Part shown: positions 36,035 through 43,837 of the stretch, piece after piece
How the letters are laid out: every line of letters begins with the position of its first letter
Numbering within the stretch: position 1 is the first letter of the stretch
DNA from: Elusimicrobiales bacterium
GTDB taxonomy: Bacteria > Elusimicrobiota > Elusimicrobia > Elusimicrobiales > UBA9959
Direction: 5' to 3'
Assembly (NCBI GenBank): GCA_038204165.1
Contig: JBBRDG010000004.1
Span: 4,330-68,329, forward strand
Length of the DNA stretch: 64,000 nucleotides
Program-made: the position numbers and the translations under genes
Notes under the pieces: generated by a model
Databases searched by the model: none
What the model saw: only the letters and a program-made list of their open reading frames with translations
What the model was told of the DNA's origin: nothing

Positions 36035-36291
36035 GGCTTATTATGTGCCAGCGGGCCGGACAGGGCGTCGCCGTGGCCGGCGCCGTAGATCTCTTCAAAA
36101 AGCTTCAGGGTCTCCGCGGCCTCCGCGGGCTCGAGCACCTGGATGGCGAACCCGGCGTGCACCAGCACGTAATCGTTGCGCTTGGCCGCGGGCACGAGGT
36201 CGAGCGAAATGGCGCGCTTCACGCCGTTGAAATCCACTTCGGCGTTGTTGTCTTTTACAGAGATTATTTTACCGGGAACCGCGAGGCACAT
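36031..36291 (-). CDS. hypC: hydrogenase maturation chaperone HypC
   Basis: 86 aa with the N-terminal MCLAVPGKI (essential Cys2). Confidence 0.9.
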   Translation of the reverse strand: MCLAVPGKIISVKDNNAEVDFNGVKRAISLDLVPAAKRNDYVLVHAGFAIQVLEPAEAAETLKLFEEIYGAGHGDALSGPLAHNKP

Positions 36292-36401
36292 GGGAACTCC
36301 TGGGCAGCGGGTATTAGTTTTATTAATATAAATTATACTATTTTAACCGCCGCCCCCCTCCCGCGGAGACGGGCTATAGCCATGCGCTTTCAAAGCCTGA
36401 T

Positions 36402-36431
36402 TTAGTATTACCTCCGTTTTTTTGGTATACT
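36402..36431 (+). promoter_or_regulatory. candidate promoter of the tRNA-Tyr/Leu unit (TTAGTA-18 nt-TGgTATACT)
   Basis: Extended -10-like TGgTATACT about 34 nt upstream of tRNA-Tyr. Read directly. Confidence 0.4.
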
Positions 36432-36464
36432 ATATGTCCTGAAGTTAGTTGTTCTTTTATACAT

Positions 36465-36548
36465 GGTTGGGTGACTGAGCGGTCAAAAGTAACGGTCTGT
36501 AAAACCGTCGGGCTACGCCCTACGAAGGTTCGAATCCTTCCCCAACCA
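36465..36548 (+). tRNA. tRNA-Tyr (anticodon GTA), class II with a long variable arm
   Basis: Acceptor GGTTGGG/CCCAACC, anticodon stem-loop ACGGT-CTGTAAA-ACCGT, T-loop GGTTCGAATCC. CCA is not encoded. Confidence 0.85.
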
Positions 36549-36571
36549 TACTTAATTCAGCACTGTTTTAT

Positions 36572-36655
36572 GCGCGGGTGGCGGAACTGGCAGACGCGCA
36601 CGGCTCAGGACCGTGTGACCGAAAGGTCTTATGGGTTCAACTCCCTTCCCGCGCA
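36572..36655 (+). tRNA. tRNA-Leu (anticodon CAG)
   Basis: Acceptor GCGCGGG/CCCGCGC, anticodon stem-loop CACGG-CTCAGGA-CCGTG, long variable arm, T-loop GGGTTCAACTCCC. Confidence 0.85.
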
Positions 36656-36668
36656 TTCATTTTAAAAA

Positions 36669-36705
36669 GCTGTTCGTATTTATACGAACGGCTTTTTAAT
36701 TTTTC
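36669..36705 (+). terminator. intrinsic terminator of the tRNA unit
   Basis: GCTGTTCGTA-ttta-TACGAACGGC stem followed by TTTTTAATTTTT. Confidence 0.65.
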
Positions 36706-36707
36706 AT

Positions 36708-36752
36708 AGCGCGGGAAGCGAGCCAACAATTTGGCTCGCGCAGGGAGTTGAA
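36708..36752. repeat. inverted, hairpin-interrupted copy of the tRNA-Leu 3' end
   Basis: GCGCGGGAAG...AGGGAGTTGAA is the reverse complement of tRNA-Leu TTCAACTCCCT/CTTCCCGCGC. It is split by the perfect hairpin CGAGCCAA-caat-TTGGCTCG. Confidence 0.6.
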
Positions 36753-36850
36753 AGCCGGAGCTTCGAGGGCAGCAGCCCGCAGAAGCGAGGCGGGGCCGCG
36801 ACCTCTGAGCGGCGACGGCCGCGAAGAGAGTTGTGGCCAACTCCCCCGCC

Positions 36851-36888
36851 TAAAATAAGGAAAAAGGCTGTTCGTGCAACGAACAGCC
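36851..36888 (-). terminator. intrinsic terminator downstream of pilD
   Basis: GGCTGTTCG-tgcaa-CGAACAGCC stem, followed on the minus strand by UUUUUCCUUAUUUUA. The stem core GCTGTTCG is shared with the 36669 terminator. Confidence 0.55.
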
Positions 36889-36904
36889 TCATCTTCTTTC
36901 TCTT

Positions 36905-36966
36905 ATCTTAATCTTAAATCTTAATCTTAAATCTTAATCTTAAATCTTAAATCTTAAAACTTAAAA
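36905..36966. repeat. AT-rich tandem repeat (ATCTTA/ATCTTAA units; 13-mer ATCTTAATCTTAA about 3.5 copies, degenerating to ACTTAAA)
   Basis: Read directly: atcttaatcttaaatcttaatcttaaatcttaatcttaaatcttaaatcttaaaacttaaaacttaaaac. It abuts the pilD stop codon. Confidence 0.85.
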
Positions 36967-36967
36967 C

Positions 36968-37753
36968 TTAAAACGGCAGCACAAAAAAGAACGCCTCCGG
37001 CCTCACCAGCGCATATAAATTTATAACCGCCCCCACCGCCAAAAATGGCCCGAAAGGCATGCTGGACATCCTGTCCGCCTTCTTCATCACCAGCAAACTT
37101 ATCCCGTAAACCGAACCAAAAAAAGAGGCCATTATCACGCTGGTCACTACCCCCTGCCAGCCGCAGAGCGCGCCTATCCCCCCCATCAGGAAGATATCGC
37201 CTTCGCCGACCGCCTCTTTCTTATATATAACTTTTCCTATAAGGGCCAGCGCCCAGATAAACCCGGCCCCTGCGGCGGCCCCGATAGCCGCAGAAGCGAG
37301 GCGCTCTCCCCAGCCGCCTGAGAAAGAGGGGTTAAACAGGCTGCCGCCAATCCCCAACAGGAAAAGGGCCAGCGAAAAAGCGTCGGAGATCAGCATGGTC
37401 TCAAAATCTATCACGCTTACCACGATAAGCACGTAAACGGCCGCCAGCGAGACTGCAAGCCAGACCGGGCTGCCTATCCACCTGGCGGCGAAAAGCGCCG
37501 TGAGCAGCCCCGTGATCAACTCTATGGCCGGGTAGCGCAACGAGATGGGCTCCTTGCAGGCGCGGCAACGCCCCCTGAGCAGCAGAAAACTAAGAACGGG
37601 GATATTGTCGTAAAATTTTATCGGGGTCTGGCACTTGGGACAATGGGAGGCCGGCCAAAGAATAGATTTATCGATTGGAAGGCGCAATATGCAAACGTTA
37701 AGAAAACTGCCAAAGAGCAGTCCTAGAGGAAAAGCGATAAGAGCGGCGAGCAT
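36968..37753 (-). CDS. pilD: prepilin peptidase / N-methyltransferase (A24 family)
   Basis: 261 aa. N-terminal Zn-finger CPKC...CRAC, catalytic Asp motifs (VIDFET and GEGDIFLMGGIG), polytopic. Confidence 0.9.
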   Translation of the reverse strand: MLAALIAFPLGLLFGSFLNVCILRLPIDKSILWPASHCPKCQTPIKFYDNIPVLSFLLLRGRCRACKEPISLRYPAIELITGLLTALFAARWIGSPVWLAVSLAAVYVLIVVSVIDFETMLISDAFSLALFLLGIGGSLFNPSFSGGWGERLASAAIGAAAGAGFIWALALIGKVIYKKEAVGEGDIFLMGGIGALCGWQGVVTSVIMASFFGSVYGISLLVMKKADRMSSMPFGPFLAVGAVINLYALVRPEAFFFVLPF

Positions 37754-37784
37754 CGGTATATTCTAACATTTGTTACAGGAACAT

Positions 37785-37815
37785 AAAAAAAACCCCGCGC
37801 CTTGCGACGCGGGGC
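37785..37815 (-). terminator. intrinsic terminator of pilA
   Basis: CCCCGCG-tcgcaagg-CGCGGGG on the minus strand, followed by UUUUUUUUAU. Confidence 0.7.
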
Positions 37816-37835
37816 CTTTTACGGATAACCTTTGA

Positions 37836-38315
37836 TTAGAAGGCGGTCCAGGCTTCAATGCCCTTTATGTCTGTGTGGGTGCAATTCGCCATGAAGTTGC
37901 CCCAGGTGGCGGAAGCCGCCGTGTTGTTCATATAACCCCAGCCGCCGCCGGCCCACCCAAGGCCGCCGGCATTAGCGGTGTACACACCGGAGGTCGAGAC
38001 GTAGGCGCTATACGTGGTCACAACGTTGCTGTCTGCCTTGCCGGTGAGCGGCAGCTTGGCCACGGGTATCGTGTTGATGTACTTGCCGTTATTGGTAAGC
38101 ACGCCCAGGTCGTCAGCCGGGAACCAACCCTCGTTGTCGCCGTAATAGACCTGCAGAGCGCTACGGACCGAGGAGAGAGCGCCTTTGGTGGCGCCTTCCT
38201 TGGATTTGTTGATGAGGTCGGCGAACTTCGGTATGGCTATGGCAGCCAGAATACCGATGATGGCGACGACGATCATAAGCTCTATCAGGGTGAAACCTTT
38301 CTTGTTATTTTTCAT
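37836..38315 (-). CDS. pilA: type IV pilin / pseudopilin
   Basis: Class III signal KKG|[22 protein letters not shown] (Glu+5). 159 aa. GGAGGA RBS. Confidence 0.9.
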   Translation of the reverse strand: MKNNKKGFTLIELMIVVAIIGILAAIAIPKFADLINKSKEGATKGALSSVRSALQVYYGDNEGWFPADDLGVLTNNGKYINTIPVAKLPLTGKADSNVVTTYSAYVSTSGVYTANAGGLGWAGGGWGYMNNTAASATWGNFMANCTHTDIKGIEAWTAF

Positions 38316-38381
38316 GCGTATACTTCCTCCTTAATTTCCCCCCACGGATAATAAATAAATGAAGCCCTTGGGGATACCATA

Positions 38382-38411
38382 AATCTACATTAATAGCCCG
38401 TATGCTGTCAA
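38382..38411 (-). promoter_or_regulatory. candidate sigma70 promoter of pilA (TTGACA-18 nt-TAGATT)
   Basis: Read on the minus strand about 70 nt upstream of the pilA ATG, in an AT-rich spacer. Confidence 0.35.
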
Positions 38412-38454
38412 ATAAAAAAAAACCTAACGTGGGTCTTGGGCTCAGAATTAAAAA

Positions 38455-38487
38455 CCGCCATTTTTTTGCTATCAATTAATGGCGGGG
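38455..38487 (-). terminator. terminator-like hairpin downstream of tRNA-Ser
   Basis: On the minus strand, CCGCCAUU...AAUGGCGG 8-bp stem followed by UUUUUAAUU. The arm sequence repeats the tRNA 3' end (CCGCCA). Confidence 0.5.
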
Positions 38488-38547
38488 TGGACTTTACTAT
38501 CCTGCGCCGCTACGGACACTGCGCCATTTTTTTGCGAAGCAAAAAAA

Positions 38548-38637
38548 TGGCGGAGAGGAAGGGATTCGAACCCTTGATACCCTTTCGAGTATACAGACTT
38601 TCCAGGTCTGCGCCTTCAACCGCTCGGCCACCTCTCC
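38548..38637 (-). tRNA. tRNA-Ser (anticodon GGA), CCA encoded
   Basis: On the minus strand: GGAGAGG acceptor, D-arm GCCGAGCGGTTGAAGGC, anticodon stem-loop CAGAC-CTGGAAA-GTCTG, long variable arm, T-loop GGTTCGAATCC, ...CTCTCCGCCA. Confidence 0.85.
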
Positions 38638-38713
38638 GTTATACCGCGCCCCTTGCGGGATTCGTCGTTGGAAACCTATACGACGATGTTATCATTCTAG
38701 GATATTTGGTAAT

Positions 38714-39202
38714 ATGAACACAATGGCGAAAGAGAAAAGCGACAATAAAATAGAGCCCATTGCCACCAACCGCAAGGCCCGGCACGACTACCAGATCGAG
38801 GACACCTTCGAGGCCGGGCTGGCGTTAGAGGGACCGGAAGTAAAGTCATTGCGCCTGAAGCAGGCCACGCTGACCTCCGCCTTCGCGCGCGCCGAGAAGG
38901 ACGGGATTTACCTTTACGGCCTGCATATAGCGCCCTATAAATTTAATACGGTAAAAGAGATAGACCCGGTGCGTACCCGCAAACTCCTGCTGCGCTCGCC
39001 GGAGATAAAACGCATCACCGGAGCACTAAATACCAAAGGTATGACCCTGGTAGCCATAGAACTTTACTTCAAATGCGGCTGGGCCAAAATTCTTCTTGGC
39101 CTGGCCAGGGGCAAGAAATCCGCCGACAAGCACGAGGCGATAAAGCAGCGCGATCTCGACAGAGAGCTGCGCAGGGAGTTTAAGGAAAAATTTAAAGGCT
39201 AG
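38714..39202 (+). CDS. smpB: SsrA-binding protein SmpB
   Basis: ATNRKARHDYQIEDTFEAGLAL.G.EVKSLR and the basic C-terminal tail are SmpB hallmarks. The start could be the ATG at 38723. Confidence 0.9.
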   Translation: MNTMAKEKSDNKIEPIATNRKARHDYQIEDTFEAGLALEGPEVKSLRLKQATLTSAFARAEKDGIYLYGLHIAPYKFNTVKEIDPVRTRKLLLRSPEIKRITGALNTKGMTLVAIELYFKCGWAKILLGLARGKKSADKHEAIKQRDLDRELRREFKEKFKG

Positions 39203-39221
39203 TCCGCTAATAGTCTAAAGG

Positions 39222-39252
39222 AAAGGCCCGGGAAATCCCGGGCCTTTTCTTT
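39222..39252. terminator. bidirectional terminator between smpB and the OMP gene
   Basis: AAAGGCCCGGG-aaat-CCCGGGCCTTT stem followed by TCTTTC. Confidence 0.6.
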
Positions 39253-39269
39253 CGCAGCTTCGCAGCGAT

Positions 39270-39986
39270 TTAGAACCTGAACCCGGCGCTCGCGTTCACA
39301 AGGCCGCGGCCATGGGTATAGGTATACCCGCCGGCGATATAAGCGAGATGGTATCTAGCCCGCAGGCCGGCGGTAAAGCGGGGCTCGTTGACCCTTACAT
39401 CTTTATTCACTAGGGCAGGGTCAACAACCCCCTGGGCTTCCAGCCGGGTAAAGTCGCAGCCCGCGCCCAGATAAGGCGAGACCCCGGGCAGGTTAATGGA
39501 GAAGAGCACACTGGTATTAAAATGCACTGCGTAGAAATACCTGTTGGTAGCAATGTTGGCCATCCCCACTATCATCGCGTTGACCTTATATTTTTCGTCG
39601 GTTACGTTCCACAACCCATAGCGCAGGCCGCCGCCAGCTACAGTCATCCCCTCAGAACTGCCGCCCCGCACGAAACCGTCTACCCGGTAAGGCATGCCGA
39701 TCTCCGCCTGCACTACGCCCAAGCCGAAAATATCGTTCTTTTTAAGCACTGTGTTTCCGCCTGACGGGGTAAACTGGGCCATGCCGCGCACGCCAAGGTC
39801 GAAGCCGGAAAAACCCAGCGGACGCGCGGTCTGGTTGGTGCCCGACCCCAGCAGGCCTCCGATGTCGCGGGTGAAAGGCTTAAGCGAGGAAACCGTTACG
39901 TCCCTGAAACCGTCGTAAGCCGCGGCGAAAGCGGATGAAGCGCTAAGAAAAAAAGAGAGCAGGGTAACAGATATTACTTTAAGCAT
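39270..39986 (-). CDS. outer-membrane beta-barrel protein
   Basis: 238 aa with a signal peptide (SASSAFAAA), alternating beta-strand pattern, and an aromatic C-terminus ...SAGFRF. Confidence 0.65.
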   Translation of the reverse strand: MLKVISVTLLSFFLSASSAFAAAYDGFRDVTVSSLKPFTRDIGGLLGSGTNQTARPLGFSGFDLGVRGMAQFTPSGGNTVLKKNDIFGLGVVQAEIGMPYRVDGFVRGGSSEGMTVAGGGLRYGLWNVTDEKYKVNAMIVGMANIATNRYFYAVHFNTSVLFSINLPGVSPYLGAGCDFTRLEAQGVVDPALVNKDVRVNEPRFTAGLRARYHLAYIAGGYTYTHGRGLVNASAGFRF

Positions 39987-40002
39987 AATTTTCCCCGCAG
40001 GA

Positions 40003-41778
40003 TCAGTCGGTTTTCTCGGCGGCGCCGCCGAGCACTTCCTTAACGGTGGTCAGCCCGAGCAACACTTTTTCAAGGCCGTCCATAGCCAGCGTACGCATGC
40101 CGTTCTTAATAGCCATGGCCTTGACAGGGATGGCGGAAGGATCGTTCAGGAGCTGTTGCCTGATCTCTTCGTTCAGGATTAGCAGTTCATGCATGCCAAC
40201 CCGGCCTTTATAGCCGGTATTCTTGCAATTGTCGCAGCCTTTAGCCCTGAAGATCTTGGCGCCCGGCGGCACTTTCACGTTATTAGCTTCGAAGACGGCG
40301 AGTTCTTCCGGGGTCATGGTATCCTCGGTCTTGCAGTCCTTGCAGAGCCGGCGGGCCAGGCGCTGGGCCAGCACGGATTTCATGGTATTGGCCACAACGA
40401 AACGCGGCAGCCCCATCTGCGTAAGACGCTCGAGAGCGGACGGGGCGTCGTTGGTATGGATGGTGGAGAACACCAGGTGTCCGGTCATGGCGGCCTCCAG
40501 CGCGATGTGCGCCGTTTCCTCGTCGCGGATTTCGCCGACCATGATAACGTCGGGGTCGAGGCGCATGAACGAGCGCAGCGCGGAAGCGAAGTCGAATTTT
40601 TTACCCTCGCCAAGTTTTACTTCGGGATTTACCGGCACCTGTACAATGCCGTCGATATTATATTCCACCGGGTTCTCGGCGGTGATAATCTTGATGTCGG
40701 GACGGTTGACATAATTGAGACAGGCGTAGAGGGTGGTGGATTTACCGGAGCCCGTGGGGCCGCAGACCAGCACCAGACCAAAATTCTTCTTGCCGCCTAT
40801 CCCCTGAAACTGTTCCAGCAGTTTTTTTTCTGTGTCCGGCAGAAAGCCCATAATTTTGATATCCACGCGGACCGAAGCCCGGTCCAGGATACGCATAACG
40901 CAGGACTCGCCGTACACGGTGGGTACCATTTCCACGCGGAACTCTATTGGGTTGCCCTTGGCAATAATCTGGATGCGCCCGCTCTGGGGGATGCGCCTCT
41001 CGGTGATGTTCATCGAGTTGGTCATGATCTTGATCTTGGCGCTGATAGCCTGCCGGTAGGCCCACGGGATCGAGAAGGAAGCGGCGCGCAGCATGCCGTC
41101 CACGCGGTAGCGGACCAGCACCTTGGAATTCTTGCCGTTGGGATCCTCGAACGGCTCGATATGTATGTCGGAAGCTTTCAGGCTTAGCGCGCCTAAAATA
41201 ATGGCGTTAACCAGTTTCTCCACTTCGGGGGCGGTGGCGTCGATGTCGCTGATATCTTTTTTTTCGGCCTCGGCGGCCAGCGAAAAGCCTACCTCCTCGC
41301 CTGCGGGCTTAGCCTGCTGGGACTGTTGCACGGATTCCACCAACGCGTCCACCTGGGCGTTATCCTGCTTGCCGTAAACGGTATCTACGACTTTCAGAAT
41401 CCAGTGGGAAAGTGCGAGGTAAGGCTTTACCTCCAGGCCGGTGCGCAGCCCGATATCCTCTATAATCAGGAAGTCCCTGGGATCGGCCATAGCCAGAAAA
41501 AGAGCGTTCTCCTGACGGGCGAAAGGCACGCAGAACTGCTTGCGGGCAAGGGCCTCAGGCAGCAGTTGCACTACTTCCGCGGGCGTCTCGATTTTGGAGA
41601 GATCTATCGCCTTGAAACCCCACTCGTCCGCCAGCACTTTAAGCAGCTTAAGTTCTGGGACAAGCTTTTGTTCCACCAGCACCTGCTGAAAGGTTTTCCC
41701 GTCTTTTTTAGCGGCTTCCTCGGCCGCCTTGTACTGCTCTTCGGAGACAAGTTTCCCCTCTATGAGGATTTCCCTCAT
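40003..41778 (-). CDS. pilB: type IV pilus / T2SS assembly ATPase (PilB/GspE family)
   Basis: N-terminal T2SSE_N/MshEN-like domain, Walker A GPTGSGKST, Asp box, Walker B, His box, and the tetracysteine CKDCK...CDNCKNTGYKGR. ATG at 41778 has an AAAGGAA RBS. Confidence 0.9.
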   Translation of the reverse strand: MREILIEGKLVSEEQYKAAEEAAKKDGKTFQQVLVEQKLVPELKLLKVLADEWGFKAIDLSKIETPAEVVQLLPEALARKQFCVPFARQENALFLAMADPRDFLIIEDIGLRTGLEVKPYLALSHWILKVVDTVYGKQDNAQVDALVESVQQSQQAKPAGEEVGFSLAAEAEKKDISDIDATAPEVEKLVNAIILGALSLKASDIHIEPFEDPNGKNSKVLVRYRVDGMLRAASFSIPWAYRQAISAKIKIMTNSMNITERRIPQSGRIQIIAKGNPIEFRVEMVPTVYGESCVMRILDRASVRVDIKIMGFLPDTEKKLLEQFQGIGGKKNFGLVLVCGPTGSGKSTTLYACLNYVNRPDIKIITAENPVEYNIDGIVQVPVNPEVKLGEGKKFDFASALRSFMRLDPDVIMVGEIRDEETAHIALEAAMTGHLVFSTIHTNDAPSALERLTQMGLPRFVVANTMKSVLAQRLARRLCKDCKTEDTMTPEELAVFEANNVKVPPGAKIFRAKGCDNCKNTGYKGRVGMHELLILNEEIRQQLLNDPSAIPVKAMAIKNGMRTLAMDGLEKVLLGLTTVKEVLGGAAEKTD

Positions 41779-41857
41779 GTTCCTTTTACGTTTGAGTCCC
41801 TGGGCCGCTAGCATATTGATTCAGTTATTATAAATATATTATCTGCTGATTTACAAG

Positions 41858-42199
41858 CTAATCTGCGAACTCCAGAATATCCCCCTCTTCCAGGCGGCCC
41901 TCGCAGCGGCCGGCCGGAAGTTCGAGTACGCCGCGGGCTCCTGAAACCCAGGGCGAAAACCGCCACGGCTTGAAATTGCGCAGGACCCTGATAACCTTAA
42001 GTTCCCTGTCCAGAAAAACCGCGTCTATCGGGAAACGCATAAAACACATATGGATCATGGCACAGGGCTCCAACCAGAGCCCGTCTTCGGCCCCGAGAGA
42101 GCGCCTTGGGATAAGCCCGAAAAGCCTGGTCGTGAAGGTGTCTGCCCGCCCGGCAGTGGAACTTACCGGCAGCCCCTTCGTATTGTTAAAGATTTTCAT
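41858..42199 (-). CDS. DUF192 (COG1430) protein
   Basis: RLFGLIPRRSL...GLWLEPCAMIHMCFMRFPIDAVFLD...VLELPAG...GDILEF fits the DUF192 pattern. ATG at 42199 is preferred over the TTG at 42220. Confidence 0.7.
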   Translation of the reverse strand: MKIFNNTKGLPVSSTAGRADTFTTRLFGLIPRRSLGAEDGLWLEPCAMIHMCFMRFPIDAVFLDRELKVIRVLRNFKPWRFSPWVSGARGVLELPAGRCEGRLEEGDILEFAD

Positions 42200-42223
42200 A
42201 TCGGCACCCGCCCCTCGCAAAAT

Positions 42224-43837
42224 TCAGCGTATTACGGCGAATCTGCCCGTAGCGAAATTCTTTTCCGTCTTGATCCTGAAAAAATAAATCCCGCTGGCTA
42301 CCGGCGCGCCGGCGGCGTTGCGCCCGTCCCAGGCCAGGCCGTTTATTTTTTTAACTAGTTCCCCTTCAGAGGTATAGACCTTTACCTCGACTCCGGAGCC
42401 GGTGAGGTCCGCGGGGACGGTAAAGGTAAGCAGGCGCTGGGATTTGGGCCTGAACGGGTTCGGATAAGCTACGGCCTTAGTCGTACCGGGGAACAGCGTG
42501 GTCCCGGTAACGGCCAGGCGCATGGCCTTAAGAGCGTTGATACGCCCCCAACCGAAATCCCGGTCCGGACCCGGCACGCCCAGATCATCGGAGGAATTTT
42601 TCATAGTAGCGAAGACCTGCGCTCCCGTAAAAGAAGGTTTGGCCGACCAGATCAGCGCGGCCAGCCCGGCGGCCATAGGCGAAGAAAAAGAAGTGCCGGA
42701 AACGGAAGCATAGCTATTGAAAACATCGGTAGTGTATATTTCCAGGCCCGGAGCGGTTATACCGCTGCTTATCATTATGGAGTCAGTGTTGGAAAAATAA
42801 ACAAGTTTATCCTGGGCGTCGGTAGCCCCCACGGCGTAAACCCCGGAGCAGTTCGCCGGAGAATCTATATAACCGTACCCCTCATTTCCCGCAGCCGCAA
42901 AAACCATCAACCCGGTGTTAACCGCGGCGGTTACCGCGCTATTCAGCCCGTCAGAACAAGAACCGAGAGCCGTCCCCAGGCTGATATTAATCACGACCTT
43001 GCCGGCCGCCGGGGTATCATGAAGCGTTATCGCATAATCTACGGCCTTGGAAATGGCGAGTTCGGTAGTGCCGCAGGTGTTCCCGTAATCGCTGCAGTCG
43101 TGGGAAGCCGAACAGCAGGCCATATCGCAGTCGGAAGAAGAAAACACGTTAAGGGAAACAAGCTTCGCGCCCCAGGACATCCCGGCGATGCCGGCGGAAT
43201 TATCCGAGGCGGCCCCGGCTACGCCGGCGGTCCTTGTGGCGTGGTTGCAGACCGGGGTAGACGGCTGGTTTACAGTTCCCGCGGCGCCATTCTGCGGGAA
43301 AGACATACTTGGGGCAATAAGCTTGCCGGACAGCTCCGGATGGGAACCGTCTATGCCGGTGTCGATAAAAGCGATAGTTGTAGTGCCGGGAGAGCCTGTC
43401 CCGTATTCCCAGGCGCCGAAGGCCTGGACCTGCGCCAAGGCGTACTGCCTTTCGACGTAAGTGTCGTTAGGGACTTTTTTAGGTCTGTAAACATTATTCG
43501 GTTCAGCCCACTCTACCGACGGCAGGCCTTTAAGCAGCGCCAACCCGGCCGCCACGCCCATCCCCTGCGGCAAGCCTACCGCCGACCAGTTAAACCGCTC
43601 AAAGGAGCTCAGGACGCTGAACCCGGCCGCCCCCAGCGCCGAAATTGCGGCGGAGGAGGAAACCCCTGTCTTGAACCTTACAATGGCCGAACCGGCGGCC
43701 ACCTCCTGATATGAACTCTTACCGGAGGCCGGAGAAAAGCGCGCCAGGCGCTCTATTTTAAGGGCAAAAACGGAGGAGGCCGGCAGCAGGCAGAGCGCCG
43801 CCGCAAGAACCACCTTAGCCGTTTTAGTGGCGGGCAT
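42224..43837 (-). CDS. secreted subtilisin-family (S8) serine peptidase with a C-terminal FlgD-Ig/sorting-domain-like beta-sandwich
   Basis: Signal peptide. Triad contexts AFIDTGID (Asp), NHATRTAGVAG (His), SGTSFSSPMAAGLAA (Ser). The C-terminus ...AWDGRNAAGAPVASGIYFFRIKT...GRFAVIR. Confidence 0.85.
   Translation of the reverse strand: MPATKTAKVVLAAALCLLPASSVFALKIERLARFSPASGKSSYQEVAAGSAIVRFKTGVSSSAAISALGAAGFSVLSSFERFNWSAVGLPQGMGVAAGLALLKGLPSVEWAEPNNVYRPKKVPNDTYVERQYALAQVQAFGAWEYGTGSPGTTTIAFIDTGIDGSHPELSGKLIAPSMSFPQNGAAGTVNQPSTPVCNHATRTAGVAGAASDNSAGIAGMSWGAKLVSLNVFSSSDCDMACCSASHDCSDYGNTCGTTELAISKAVDYAITLHDTPAAGKVVINISLGTALGSCSDGLNSAVTAAVNTGLMVFAAAGNEGYGYIDSPANCSGVYAVGATDAQDKLVYFSNTDSIMISSGITAPGLEIYTTDVFNSYASVSGTSFSSPMAAGLAALIWSAKPSFTGAQVFATMKNSSDDLGVPGPDRDFGWGRINALKAMRLAVTGTTLFPGTTKAVAYPNPFRPKSQRLLTFTVPADLTGSGVEVKVYTSEGELVKKINGLAWDGRNAAGAPVASGIYFFRIKTEKNFATGRFAVIR

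Noticed and set aside
36471-36665. 64-aa ORF over tRNA-Tyr/tRNA-Leu, and the 93-aa ORF at 38436-38717 over tRNA-Ser
   Set aside because: The sequences fold as canonical tRNAs. The ORFs are incidental.
36790-36850. tRNA or SRP (4.5S) RNA gene, suggested by the GGCGGGG...CCCCGCC end pairing and an AGCAGCC motif
   Set aside because: It is only ~61 nt between the paired ends, with no T-loop (GTTCRANYC) or D-arm. I could not build the SRP helix-8 tetraloop structure. It is kept only as an unexplained structured spacer.
36893-36966. Possible CRISPR array
   Set aside because: The units are 6-13 bp and directly abutting, with no spacers. There are no cas genes in the window. It is a simple tandem repeat.
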